A stretch of 62,989 nucleotides of DNA, the filler included, from Octopus bimaculoides (taxonomy: Eukaryota): NCBI RefSeq assembly GCF_001194135.2. It is 7 parts of 7 records of this genome, joined end to end, with 100 filler letters (N's around TTAATTAATTAA, not from the genome) between each part and the next. Parts side by side here need not be neighbours in the genome. Positions count along the whole stretch, not along the records: positions 48,584 to 54,073 come from NC_068984.1; positions 54,174 to 61,486 come from NC_068987.1; positions 61,587 to 62,989 come from NW_026371967.1; 4 more parts are not named here. One strand, given 5' to 3'. The first letter of the stretch is position 1; every line of letters begins with the position of its first letter. The translations under genes and the position numbers were made by a program. Positions 51,131 through 62,989 of this stretch are shown here, piece by piece. A model generated the notes under the pieces. That model was not told the origin of the DNA and did not search any database. It saw only the letters and a list, made by a program, of their open reading frames with translations.

Positions 51131-53630
51131 CTAATTTGGAATATTCACCGCAATAGCATCTTGAAATCGCTCCACCATGTTATTGTGCAATGATTGTAAA
51201 AAGTTGCGATATGTAGTTAAATCCTCATCAACCAATTCATCTTTCAAAGTATCAAGTTGTGGAAATTGATGGAATTGACGTTTTGAAATGTTAGTCTTAT
51301 ACAATACTAATTTCAAAATGAAGGTAGGGATAAATAATTTACAATCAACGAGAATTTTTCTGCTTCCTTGCAATAACTTATTCAAATCATTTAATTTTGT
51401 GAATATATCACAAAGAAAAAAGATATTGCACCTTTCAGCCATCAATGAAGCGAATAGTAGAGTATCTTCAAAGAATGATATGACTATATGAAACAGTTCA
51501 ACAAAGCGTAAAACGCAGTTCCCTTTTGACAGCCACCGCACTTCGGTATGGTAATAAGAGCTTAGTATGGTCCTCATCATTTCTCAGACAGAGTTGACGG
51601 AAAATTCGATCAGACAAGGCACTGGACTTTAATTTGTTCACAGTCTTGATAACTAACTGTAGTGCATCATTCAATCTATCGTTCATATTTTTCCCCACTA
51701 AATGCTGCCGGTGTGCCAAGCAATGAACAGTTAGTATCTGGTGGGAAATTTCACGCTTTAGGAGAGATGAAAAACCTCTGTATCTTTCCATCAACGAAGG
51801 AGCTCCATCAGACGCACAAGCAAGAGCATTATTGAGTGGGATATTATGCTCAAAAAGGAAAGACTTGAAAGTGTGAAAAATAGTCACACCTTTTGAATCA
51901 AGCGGCAATTTCCCTGTGAACATCATTTCCTCACAAGGTTGAAGGTCTTCGCTGAAACACCGAACATATACCATCATAAACATTGATTGTCCACAACAGT
52001 TGACTCATCCACTTGTATAGAAAATTCAGAACGCTGGAGAATATTAATGAGCTTATAGGAAAGTGGGTTATACATCTTTAGATTGTATACCTGACTTTCC
52101 TATATAAAATTAGAATATAACGGAACGCTGAACTCCAGACTATCAACTTAAACAACACTTTATNNNNNNNNNNATACCTGACTTTCCTATATAAAATTAG
52201 AATATAACGGAACGCTGAACTCCAGACTATCAACTTAAACAACACTTTATTTAGGTGGTAAATATGTACATCATTAGTTCTTGTTGTTGCAGCTTCTGTG
52301 TGTATGAGCATAGTTGTTGGGACGTTGTTCTGTAGTTGTGAGCGAGCTGTCGAGTGTAAAACCGAAATATGTAGAGAGACAGCTTAAACACACGTCCATG
52401 CTCAATCGCTGGCCAGCGAGAAAGAGAATGAATTGAGCGGGAAACGCTTGCTTGTTTAATTCTACGCATGCGTAAGACTACGCATGCGCAGGCGTTACTA
52501 CAAGCTNNNNNNNNNNNNNNNNNNNNNNNNNNNNNNNNNNNNNNNNNNNNNNNNNNNNNNNNNNNNNNNNNNNNNNNNNNNNNNNNNNNNNNNNNNNNNN
52601 NNNNNNNNNNNNNNNNNNNNNNNNNNNNNNNNNNNNNNNNNNNNNNNNNNNNNNNNNNNNNNNNNNNNNNNNNNNNNNNNNNNNNNNNNNNNNNNNNNNN
52701 NNNNNNNNNNNNNNNNNNNNNNNNNNNNNNNNNNNNNNNNNNNNNNNNNNNNNNNNNNNNNNNNNNNNNNNNNNNNNNNNNNNNNNNNNNNNNNNNNNNN
52801 NNNNNNNNNNNNNNNNNNNNNNNNNNNNNNNNNNNNNNNNNNNNNNNNNNNNNNNNNNNNNNNNNNNNNNNNNNNNNNNNNNNNNNNNNNNNNNNNNNNN
52901 NNNNNNNNNNNNNNNNNNNNNNNNNNNNNNNNNNNNNNNNNNNNNNNNNNNNNNNNNNNNNNNNNNNNNNNNNNNNNNNNNNNNNNNNNNNNNNNNNNNN
53001 NNNNNNNNNNNNNNNNNNNNNNTATGTAGAGAGACAGCTTAAACACACGTCCATGCTCAATCGCTGGCCAGCGAGAAAGAGAATGAATTGAGCGGGAAAC
53101 GCTTGCTTGTTTAATTCTACGCATGCGTAAGACTACGCATGCGCAGGCGTTACTACAAGCTGATGTTTGAAATCGTTGGCCATTTCATCGATGCGTCGAG
53201 AAATTGTGTTATTACTAAGTGGGATCTTCTTCATAATGTTATTGGGTTTTTCGTGCATAACGGTTGACAAAACCTCTTCGCTAACTGGGCGAAGTAATGT
53301 TTCTCCAATTGTGTAAGACTTCCCAGACTTAGCAACAAGCAATGCGATCAACCTGTCATTCTCCTGTTTGCTAGTTTCCTGGAGTAGCGTGTTAAATGTT
53401 TATATTTGCTTTTTGAAAGAGGTGCTCAGTTGCAAAAAGTATGATAACCGCTTGTCCTTCTTGTCAGAATGCTTTGCATCAAAGTGATACTTCAAGCGTG
53501 AAGGTTTCATTGCTTCGTTGGTAAATGTTTGATGGCAAAGAAGGCACATTGGTAACTGACAATTCTGAGGAGAGGGAATAAGATAATCACTACTGTACTG
53601 TCGACAATATTCTTGATTGGAGGCATCAGT
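51131..53630 (-). mobile_element. hAT (Buster/Charlie-type) transposase relic
   Basis: RQYSSDYL, PMCLLCHQTFTNEAMKPSRLKYHF (BED-type finger), IPLSNNTISRRIDEMA, IQVDEST, SDGAPS, HCLAHRQHL and RWLSKG motifs, with stops, frameshifts and a nested insertion. Confidence 0.9.
52054..53157 (-). mobile_element. Solo LTR (about 360 bp once assembly duplications are removed) inserted in the hAT transposase
   Basis: AGCT duplicated at 52050-52053 and 53158-53161 (also 52503-52506). Minus-strand termini are TGTAG...CTATA, with an internal AATAAA. Removing the insert restores HQLINILQRSEFSIQVDEST in frame. Confidence 0.75.
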
Positions 53631-53885
53631 AAAGTGAAAATGTGAAAACGAATTTCTACAGACGGGGTCAGAAAGACAGTATGGTATTCTTAAAGAGAAG
53701 AAAAAGTCAATAGAGCAGAGTCAGATGACACGTCTTCACTGGAGCAAATACAGATCTAGTTCGTTTGGCTGACAGCATTTCAAAAGTTAGAGTTTATCGA
53801 AAATTTTAAAATTTGGCACATTAATGTACCTTTCCAAGTCATCCAACTTTTTCCAGAAAAATGTTTTTTTTTAAAAATAGTTATC

Positions 53886-54073
53886 GCCAAGCCAACATGG
53901 CAGTCCTAAAATTAGGACGAATGCTGCCGTGAATTAGCTCCAAGAGGCCATCGCCTCTAGCTAGCTATGTGACACACAGTCTAGTCTGCAGATGCCAAAC
54001 CAGCAAGGGGAAGCTGCTGACCTCCTCTGTTCGAAGGTTATAAAGGACGCAGGTTTCGTGTGTCACATAGCTA
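53886..54073 (+). mobile_element. Structured repeat, probably a retroelement 5' region, truncated by a gap
   Basis: Hairpins TCCTAA/TTAGGA, AGAGGC/GCCTCT and CAGCA/TGCTG, plus a 16-bp perfect inverted repeat at 53962-53977 / 54058-54073. Confidence 0.5.
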
Positions 54074-54173
54074 NNNNNNNNNNNNNNNNNNNNNNNNNNN
54101 NNNNNNNNNNNNNNNNNTTAATTAATTAANNNNNNNNNNNNNNNNNNNNNNNNNNNNNNNNNNNNNNNNNNNN

Positions 54174-54207
<34 letters not shown>

Positions 54208-54319
54208 AATATACATTATTATGCACCCATACGTATTATATACGTGTGGATATCTATCTATCTATATATCTATGTATATTATAGAAGTATACACACACAC
54301 ACATACACACACACACATA

Positions 54320-54352
<33 letters not shown>

Positions 54353-54915
54353 GTACATACGCACCCTCGCATGCGCATATGGGCATATACACCAATGCAC
54401 GCATATATCTCAAAACAATTCAATTTACTGTTCAGTAATACTTTGCAGTCGTGATTCAATAAGTAACATTTATGCAGCAGAAATAATGTTGAGTTAAACT
54501 AAATATACATAAATATCCTTTTCTTTCTTTGTATTTTTGCTTTGTTTTAATGCAAATGCATGCTCTTCTTTTCGTGCATATGTGTTCGGTTGGTGTATTT
54601 ATGTGCAAGGAAACGTAAATGTCTATCAGAGATTCGATGTATAGCTGCATCAGTGCGTAGATGCATAACAGCTTTGGTTTGTAACCTAATACATAAAATA
54701 TCGAAATCCCTGTCTTGTCATAAATATATAACCATAGCGTATATGTTTTGTCATGTATTATAAAATCATTACGGTTTGTAACATGTGCCACTGTCTGTCT
54801 GCTATACATTAGAATGAGGCTGGTGTTGATAATGCATGCAAGTTAAAGCAGTGTAGCTTATAAAACAAAAACGAAGTACGTGAAAAAGAGACATAGTGCA
54901 TGAGATGAAGACGAA

Positions 54916-54956
<41 letters not shown>

Positions 54957-55699
54957 CGTACATACATACATATACCTAAATATACATACATATATATACA
55001 TACATTGTTACATAGTTTTATTATCACTTCTAAATTCATTGGAGGAATAGCAGTACTTATGACCTTAGAGAAACATAAATTATCTGTTTGGGGAAGAAGT
55101 TTGGCGTCCACTATGTATACGATGCTTGAGTCTTATATTGCGCCAGTTTAAACCTGAAATCATCGTCTCACCCTTTCCACAGTTATATTTAATAAAATCC
55201 AGTATTGCAGAGACATTTCTCCAGTTTTACTGAGATAGTGATTGTCTATTATAACCGGATGTATGTGCTATGCAAACTGTGTTTTAAAGTAGCCTTTTTA
55301 AAGCTTTATATTGACAATTGTCTGATGTTATGACTGAATTTATATACCATCAACCTCTATAAGCAATTGTCATCAAGTATGATGCTCATTTAGTTCTGAA
55401 GTTGCATTCAAGCAATTGGACTTGCCAACTATCATGTTCGTGGTTGTTTAGTGGGTGATGATGGCAAGAGATATGGGCGTCTATATTATATAACGTACTC
55501 ATATTAATTGTCCATTGAATGGCTTTAAAATGCATCCAGTATTAGGACTTGGTTCGGGACTTCCAAGTTTTTCAAGAGTGTAGAATCACATCCTTGGCAT
55601 TTTTTTCTCTCAGGTCTAATCTAACCAAAAATTCTCTTAAAACACTTCCTATTGGATGCAGCTCAGACGAAGCCATTAGTGCTTTAGCTGCTCAGCTAA

Positions 55700-56400
55700 G
55701 AGAACGAAACTCCATACAAATCCTGCATCTCGTTAATTGGTACTACTTGCATCAAGCAAATACAAGTTTCAAGGACGAGAGAGTGAGATTGGTTCTGCAC
55801 CAACCCTGTCTACTATAATAATAAAGAACTTCTGCCATGTACGGTAATATACTGACCGTTTATAAAAGTCTAAGGGAGTAAACCCCTAGAAAAAAATATG
55901 GCAGGTGGGACTTTAGGACAAATATGTAGATTAAAACTTAACATATCTGGGATCCTCTGCGAGTCCACGTTCTTCTTGTGAACGTGTTGACTAATCTTTC
56001 CTTCATTTCATATCAATGAGTGGAGAGGTAGTAAGTGTACTTGAAGATAGGTACTCTCTTTTGGAGGCAACACAGCCATAACAGAGGTAGTTAAGTCACT
56101 ATGCAAAATCGTCGACCACAGCAAAAATGACCAAGCATTTGTCATAAACTAAGTCAAAACATTGTTCTGCTTCTAATAAGGAAATTTGCTAATAAGCAAC
56201 ATACAAATACGTGCTAAATTTGATTTTATATTCATGGTGTAAGAAGAGTTATACCTGATGATTTTATGTTCTTTGTTATCTTTTCTTTTGTCATTGCTTA
56301 AGGCGATTCCGAATGTTTTAGTCTTTCGCTGAGATAATTTCTTGATTATTCGGCGTTGTTTATTTGATGTTTTTGAAAGCATTATAGATATTTATTGCAA
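55700..56400 (-). mobile_element. Penelope-like element relic
   Basis: HKIIRYNSSYTMNIKSNLARICMLLISKFP resembles the PLE linker KIIWFNPPYSxNVKTNIGxxFLxLIxKHFP; TRCRICME lies downstream. Confidence 0.55.
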
Positions 56401-57343
56401 ACACCCATACAGTAGATTCCTGTGAATGCGAACATGACAGAGTATTATCTACTGCAGTGACTACCTAAGGAACATATACGCTACAATTAACAATTATTAC
56501 AACATAAAACGTAGTTATCTAATTAAACCAACTCATGGAACATCATCAAGTGTTGTTTGATACAGTGATGTTTGATACATATATATATATATATATATAT
56601 GTATTTATATATTCATTTAAAATGCAGAGATGCCTATAATAGGACATCTACTCGCTAGAAATAGCAGCAAAAGATTACATACCACAAAAATTAGGGATAA
56701 TTTCCAAAGGAAATGAAAAATAAAAACTTTTACCAAAACTTTATGTATTTATATATATATATTTATATATGAAGGCGCATGGCTCATTGGGTAGAGCGTG
56801 GAGCTTACGACTGTGAGGTTTTGAGTTCAATTCCCGAACCAGGGTGCGTGTTGTGTTCTTGAGCAAGACACTTNNNNNNNNNNNNNNNNNNNNNNNNNNN
56901 NNNNNNNNNNNNNNNNNNNNNNNNNNNNNNNNNNNNNNNNNNNNNNNNNNNNNNNNNNNNNNNNNNNNNNNNNNNNNNNNNNNNNNNNNNNNNNNNNNNN
57001 NNNNNNNNNNNNNNNNNNNNNNNNNNNNNNNNNNNNNNNNNNNNNNNNNNNNNNNNNNNNNNNNNNNNNNNNNNNNNNNNNNNNNNNNNNNNNNNNNNNN
57101 NNNNNNNNNNNNNNNNNNNNNNNNNNNNNNNNNNNNNNNNNNNNNNNNNNNNNNNNNNNNNNNNNNNNNNNNNNNNNNNNNNNNNNNNNNNNNNNNNNNN
57201 NNNNNNNNNNNNNNNNNNNNNNNNNNNNNNNNNNNNNNNNNNNNNNNNNNNNNNNNNNNNNNNNNNNNNNNNNNNNNNNNNNNNNNNNNNNNNNNNNNNN
57301 NNNNNNNNNNNNNNNNNNNNNNNNNNNNNNNNNNNNNNNNNNN

Positions 57344-57402
<59 letters not shown>

Positions 57403-60285
57403 ATATATATAGCGCCTTAATTTTGTGAAGTTAAATCTGGGACCTATCTGCTAATATACTGATAAGCAGGTTCGTCTTCAAAATGGAGTACGAAGAAGAA
57501 TCAGCAGCAATTTTGAAACTTTCCGTATCCAAGCCGTCGAAGGAACAGTAGCTGGAATGTCTTTATAGGGTTCCGTTATTGCGTCCACTGTATTTTGAGG
57601 CATCCCACATGCCAAAAAAAATTCTTGCCCATCACCACTAACTACTGAGCCAAAAGATTTTGGAGAGTCGCCAAATGTAACTTCGGTGATGATTTGACCA
57701 ATTGTTCTACAATTCTTTGTGAGTATATTCTGGTGTCTACGTCGAATATCTTTAAACAGCTCCAGCTACATAAAATTGGGTATCCATCTATTATATATCA
57801 TAGCTTCAGTTGCTGTTAATGTAAAAAAAAAACCCGTTAATTCTGCGCGCGACATGAATGGCCGATTCGAGGGAATGTTCGTGTACAGACTCTAAAATAA
57901 TAGATGCAGATTTTGTAAAGTTAATTCAATTCTCAGCTATGATTGTGAAAGTAACAATCCTGATTTGTAGCCGAGAAGATGTTTTGTTCTCTAAGTAAAT
58001 GCTAGAAAAACGGAATTCATGTGTTACAACATATAATGCAATGTTTAATCACCAAATTGTTTAGGTATCTTAATAAAAGCTGTAAATTCTTATCCATGAT
58101 TCGAGGACAGCATTGTTTTTGCAGATGCGGATGTTAAGCTATAAACTAGCTTCGTACCAGCCATGATTTAACAGCATTTAAAAGTCGGAACACTAAGTTT
58201 TCAGAGAATCTAAAAAGGAACTTCTTAGAGGAAACTGTTACATTATGGATCCTCGACCTTGATTTGAACCAAAGGAGCTTAAAAAAATAATAAATAAATA
58301 AATAAATAAAATACAATATATAAGTAAAAAAAACGAAGGTAACGCCAACACGTGATTACTTCTTGTCATTTTGAATATGTACTAGAATGAATACACTAAC
58401 AATAGAATGATTATAAACTAAATTTCCTAAAGTATAAATATCATTTAAGAAAGAAAACTTCGTTTTACTGGACAATGATATGGATGTAAGGAGTATCACT
58501 GTCATTGGACACGTCGACGTGGTTGTAATCGCATTTGTTGCACGCCAATGTATGCATCGATCTGTGCACATATGACAAATGTCACAGCATAAAATTCTTT
58601 CATCATATAAAGCAAAGAAGTATAGCTGGGCCAAGGGAAACCAAGCAAGACTGATCTGAAGAGGATGATGATGATGATGATGATGATGATCCTGATCCTC
58701 ATTATCATCATCATGACGATGCTCATGTGGATTATCATGATTTATACACATATTCCGTTCTTCATGAACATAGTACGAGGTTTTATCCCGGTCAAAACCA
58801 CATGTAGCTTGCATGTCAATGGTTAATGGTTTATACGTATTAAGTATGTTTCATAGACGGCTATTCTAACGGAATAATCTATCAATGGCACAAACCAAGG
58901 TTTTATATATATATATATATATATATATNNNNNNNNNNNNNNNNNNNNNNNNNNNNNNNNNNNNNNNNNNNNNNNNNNNNNNNNNNNNNNNNNNNNNNNN
59001 NNNNNNNNNNNNNNNNNNNNNNNNNNNNNNNNNNNNNNNNNNNNNNNNNNNNNNNNNNNNNNNNNNNNNNNNNNNNNNNNNNNNNNNNNNNNNNNNNNNN
59101 NNNNNNNNNNNNNNNNNNNNNNNNNNNNNNNNNNNNNNNNNNNNNNNNNNNNNNNNNNNNNNNNNNNNNNNNNNNNNNNNNNNNNNNNNNNNNNNNNNNN
59201 NNNNNNNNNNNNNNNNNNNNNNNNNNNNNNNNNNNNNNNNNNNNNNNNNNNNNNNNNNNNNNNNNNNNNNNNNNNNNNNNNNNNNNNNNNNNNNNNNNNN
59301 NNNNNNNNNNNNNNNNNNNNNNNNNNNNNNNNNNNNNNNNNNNNNNNNNNNNNNNNNNNNNNNNNNNNNNNNNNNNNNNNNNNNNNNNNNNNNNNNNNNN
59401 NNNNNNNNNNNNNNNNNNNNNNNNNNNNNNNNNNNNNNNNNNNNNNNNNNNNNNNNNNNNNNNNNNNNNNNNNNNNNNNNNNNNNNNNNNNNNNNNNNNN
59501 NNNNNNNNNNNNNNNNNNNNNNNNNNNNNNNNNNNNNNNNNNNNNNNNNNNNNNNNNNNNNNNNNNNNNNNNNNNNNNNNNNNNNNNNNNNNNNNNNNNN
59601 NNNNNNNNNNNNNNNNNNNNNNNNNNNNNNNNNNNNNNNNNNNNNNNNNNNNNNNNNNNNNNNNNNNNNNNNNNNNNNNNNNNNNNNNNNNNNNNNNNNN
59701 NNNNNNNNNNNNNNNNNNNNNNNNNNNNNNNNNNNNNNNNNNNNNNNNNNNNNNNNNNNNNNNNNNNNNNNNNNNNNNNNNNNNNNNNNNNNNNNNNNNN
59801 NNTATATACAAACAGACATATCCAGTATAAAACTACGGAATTACTTTTTTTTTTACGAAAAAAATCCACTATGTATTATGTAGAACCAGTTTCAGAAAAC
59901 TCCTCATTTAAGCCAATGAATAGAATTGTGTTTTATTATAAAGAATCACGAATTCATTGTCGGTTCAATAAATAGAATTTTGAATCGAAATTTGACATCA
60001 CCATTACTTTTTATCAGCATTCATCATATTACTTCGAAAATATACATACATAGACAGACAGGTAGACAGACATAAATACATATATGTACGTGTGTGTGTG
60101 TATGTGTGTGTTTGTATGCATGAGAATATCGGTCAGTATCTCTACCTTTTAATAATTATATGTCTTATAGTTTTATAAATACATATGTGTATATATGTGT
60201 CTGCCTGTGTATGTATGTCTGTCTATATATGCACAGCTATATGTTTGTGTGTGATTAAATATATCTGCGACCACACGCACACGCC

Positions 60286-60348
<63 letters not shown>

Positions 60349-60477
60349 ATACATGCTTCTGTCTGTCTCTCGGTGTACTTTTACATACTCATACTTTGAA
60401 GAGTAATCTAAAAGACGAAACTAGAAGATATTTACAATTTCGATAGTCAATATTGATTGGCCGACGCTACCGCTTTT

Positions 60478-60502
60478 GCTGCTGCTGCTGCTGCTGCAAC
60501 TG

Positions 60503-60567
<65 letters not shown>

Positions 60568-60592
60568 GCTGCTGTTGCTACTACTACTGCTA
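60478..60592 (+). repeat. (GCT)n/(ACT)n compound microsatellite
   Basis: Seen directly. Confidence 0.9.
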
Positions 60593-61149
60593 CGTAAGTA
60601 GCTGAATAGTTCTATGGAATTTATTTAGAAACTCATATTTAGTGACGAGAGTGGTATTCAATAAATATATTGATTACATACAATTGTTTTGTCCACTAAA
60701 ATACATCTATATTTAGTAGGTTATTTAAATTAAATTATAATCGTATGGATATTCACAAAAACATTTCTTCTTTAATCAATTTTTTTGTGTGTATATGTGT
60801 TTGAATATGATTGTGTGGGGTGAATGCAGGTATCCGTGTATCTGAACATGTTTCCAGAGAAATGTATGTAATTTTTAGGTTATATGTCTGTGACATTATA
60901 CACTGCGCCATTTTCTATAAAAGTAATAACCATATTAAGTCATATGGTTGTGTACAATTTTGAATTAATATATGATGCATATATAACATATCTAGGTTTC
61001 TAAATATCACTTTTCACACATATATCTGTGTGTATGCATTAGAATGAATATTTATATATTTGTGTTTATGTAGGTATGAATATCTGAATGTATATATGTA
61101 TATATGTATATGTATCTCTCCACCCTCTCTCTCTTTGTATATATATATG

Positions 61150-61350
61150 TCAGGTCGCTCTTATAAGTATTCCTGAGCGCTACTGGTAACCTGTAATCCA
61201 GTACAACCTGTCTCATGGTCGGGTCGTCGGCGACTAAACTGGCAACCCCACCAAGCTCACTTGGTGAGGAGGATGATTGTTGGCATCCTGCGGGATGAAA
61301 AATAAGACTCGTCGAAAGGATGTAAGAACTACTGTGTAGTAACGTCCACC
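61150..61350 (+). mobile_element. RTE-type LINE 5' UTR fragment with a partial HDV-like ribozyme fold
   Basis: P2 CCAGU/ACUGG, a GG before a UCG-UCGG-CGA hairpin, and C-UAA junction. Downstream hairpins CACCAAG/CTTGGTG and AGGATG/CATCCT. Confidence 0.55.
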
Positions 61351-62989
61351 CAACAATGTTTGTTTCTGTGTGTGTTTAAATTGTGTGTGCGCGTGTTGTT
61401 GTGCTGTGCTGCGTGTGTGTATATTTTTATATATATATATATATATAATTTATAAACATAATTAAGGGATGTGCAAACATTTGCTTNNNNNNNNNNNNNN
61501 NNNNNNNNNNNNNNNNNNNNNNNNNNNNNNTTAATTAATTAANNNNNNNNNNNNNNNNNNNNNNNNNNNNNNNNNNNNNNNNNNNNGAAAGAGTAAGGAA
61601 TGCATGGTGCTGACTAGAAAGGAAGAAAGAATAAAGATGGCATCGTCTTCGCTCGACATACGAATAGAACAGAGTGGTGGCATGTATGAGAGATGACCCG
61701 GAAGTTGTTCCTCTTCGATTACTATCACAAACAGCAGTAGCTTTCTTCAAACGAATACACGTTGTTGATTGGTTGAAATTACCCCAAAACGACAACTTTA
61801 ACACGAAATAACTTCTAAAATACCAAATTTTGTCAAAATGTTCAAAGTAAACCGTGTTCAGTGTGAGAAGAATACGAAGTATACGAAGTTTCAAACTGTT
61901 TAGTTAAAAAAAAAAACTAATTTAAAAAATCTGTGAGCCAAACTGAACAGATCCCAATTCGGTACCGGAAAGGATTCTGGATTATTTTTTCCTGTTTTTT
62001 TTTCTTTTTTTTTTATTTAATTTTTGAGAGTGGTCGGGTTCATTTTCAGTATTCTCATTTGTGAGAGCAGTCGAGTTTATTTCAGATATTCTCATTTTAA
62101 AAATCGTCTCCGGCTAATCGTTGAGAGGACATTGGTGTTGCTTTGTTTACATATGTTTTTTTTTAAATATACCAACCTCAACGCTACGATGTTTTTGTTT
62201 TGTTTTTATTCGCTCTTTGGAAAACTTTATTTTATTCATTTTATTCACCTTTTTGTAAGAGCATACTTTTATTCTCAATAATTTTTACAACGCCGTTCTA
62301 ACCTAATTTCACTCATCTATTTATTTATATATGTATATTAGATGTTTATATATTTGTGTATTCATGAATTTTTGATATGTTTTAATATTTTAACGACTGA
62401 TATGCATTGATCTATGGCAGAATATATGTATAATTGCTGAACCTATCTGAAATTCTATTTAACATTTTATACACGCACACATGTATGAATCTATGTACGT
62501 ATGTATGTATACGACGGGCTTCTTCCAGTTTCTGTTTCCTAAATTCACTCACACTTAGAGGTACAAGAAGACTTATACCCTTTTTTATTATAACTTTTAT
62601 GAGACGGAGGGAATAATTCGCAAACCGGATCTTTAAAATGTATTCAGACAACAGCCATGTTTGTTTTATACACGTTAACAATAGTTCAACAAAATTTCAC
62701 AAATTAGTAATAATTAAACGTTGTAACAGAGCATAGAAAAATGGTTTCGTTACTAATTCAACTTCTCGCGTGGATCAGTCTGACGGCACTATTGTACTAG
62801 TAGTAAACCTGACGGATAAAGGGCATATATTTTATGTTTTATCTTTTACTTGTTTTATTAGACTTGTTTCAGTCATTAGTACTTATTCTATCGTTCTCTT
62901 TGGCCAAACCGCTATGTTACGGGGATGTAAATATACCGTCATCAGTTGTCAAGTGATGATGGGGGACAAGCACAAATACACACACACAC

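Noticed and set aside
57478-57765. 95-codon stop-free minus-strand frame (LELFKDIRRRHQ...)
   Set aside because: No recognisable motif and no suitable start; several such frames are expected by chance in 63 kb.

Overview
Eukaryotic draft-assembly window, most consistent with an octopus (inferred from the tRNA-derived SINE families, very dense microsatellites and a C2H2 zinc-finger gene of the cephalopod-expanded type; no database search was possible). It has many N gaps, six of them 100-nt spacers carrying an artificial TTAATTAATTAA linker. The only intact protein-coding gene I can support is a minus-strand C2H2 zinc-finger gene (25155-26672, 505 aa, whole CDS in one exon). It has 12 canonical fingers, two cysteine-less relic fingers, an upstream ORF and tentative 5' exons near 43.3-43.8 kb. 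The rest is transposon debris: an R4/Dong-type RLE LINE, RTE, L2/CR1-group and Penelope relics, an internally deleted Helitron with an intact 3' end, a maT-type Tc1/mariner transposase relic, a Buster-type hAT relic split by a solo LTR, and several SINE families. The most notable unannotated signals are candidate retroelement ribozymes (one well-paired minimal hammerhead with a non-canonical CUGUUGA core, several degenerate hammerhead cores, two partial HDV-like folds) and a strict two-finger periodicity in the zinc-finger recognition helices. All ribozyme, binding and editing claims are untested predictions.
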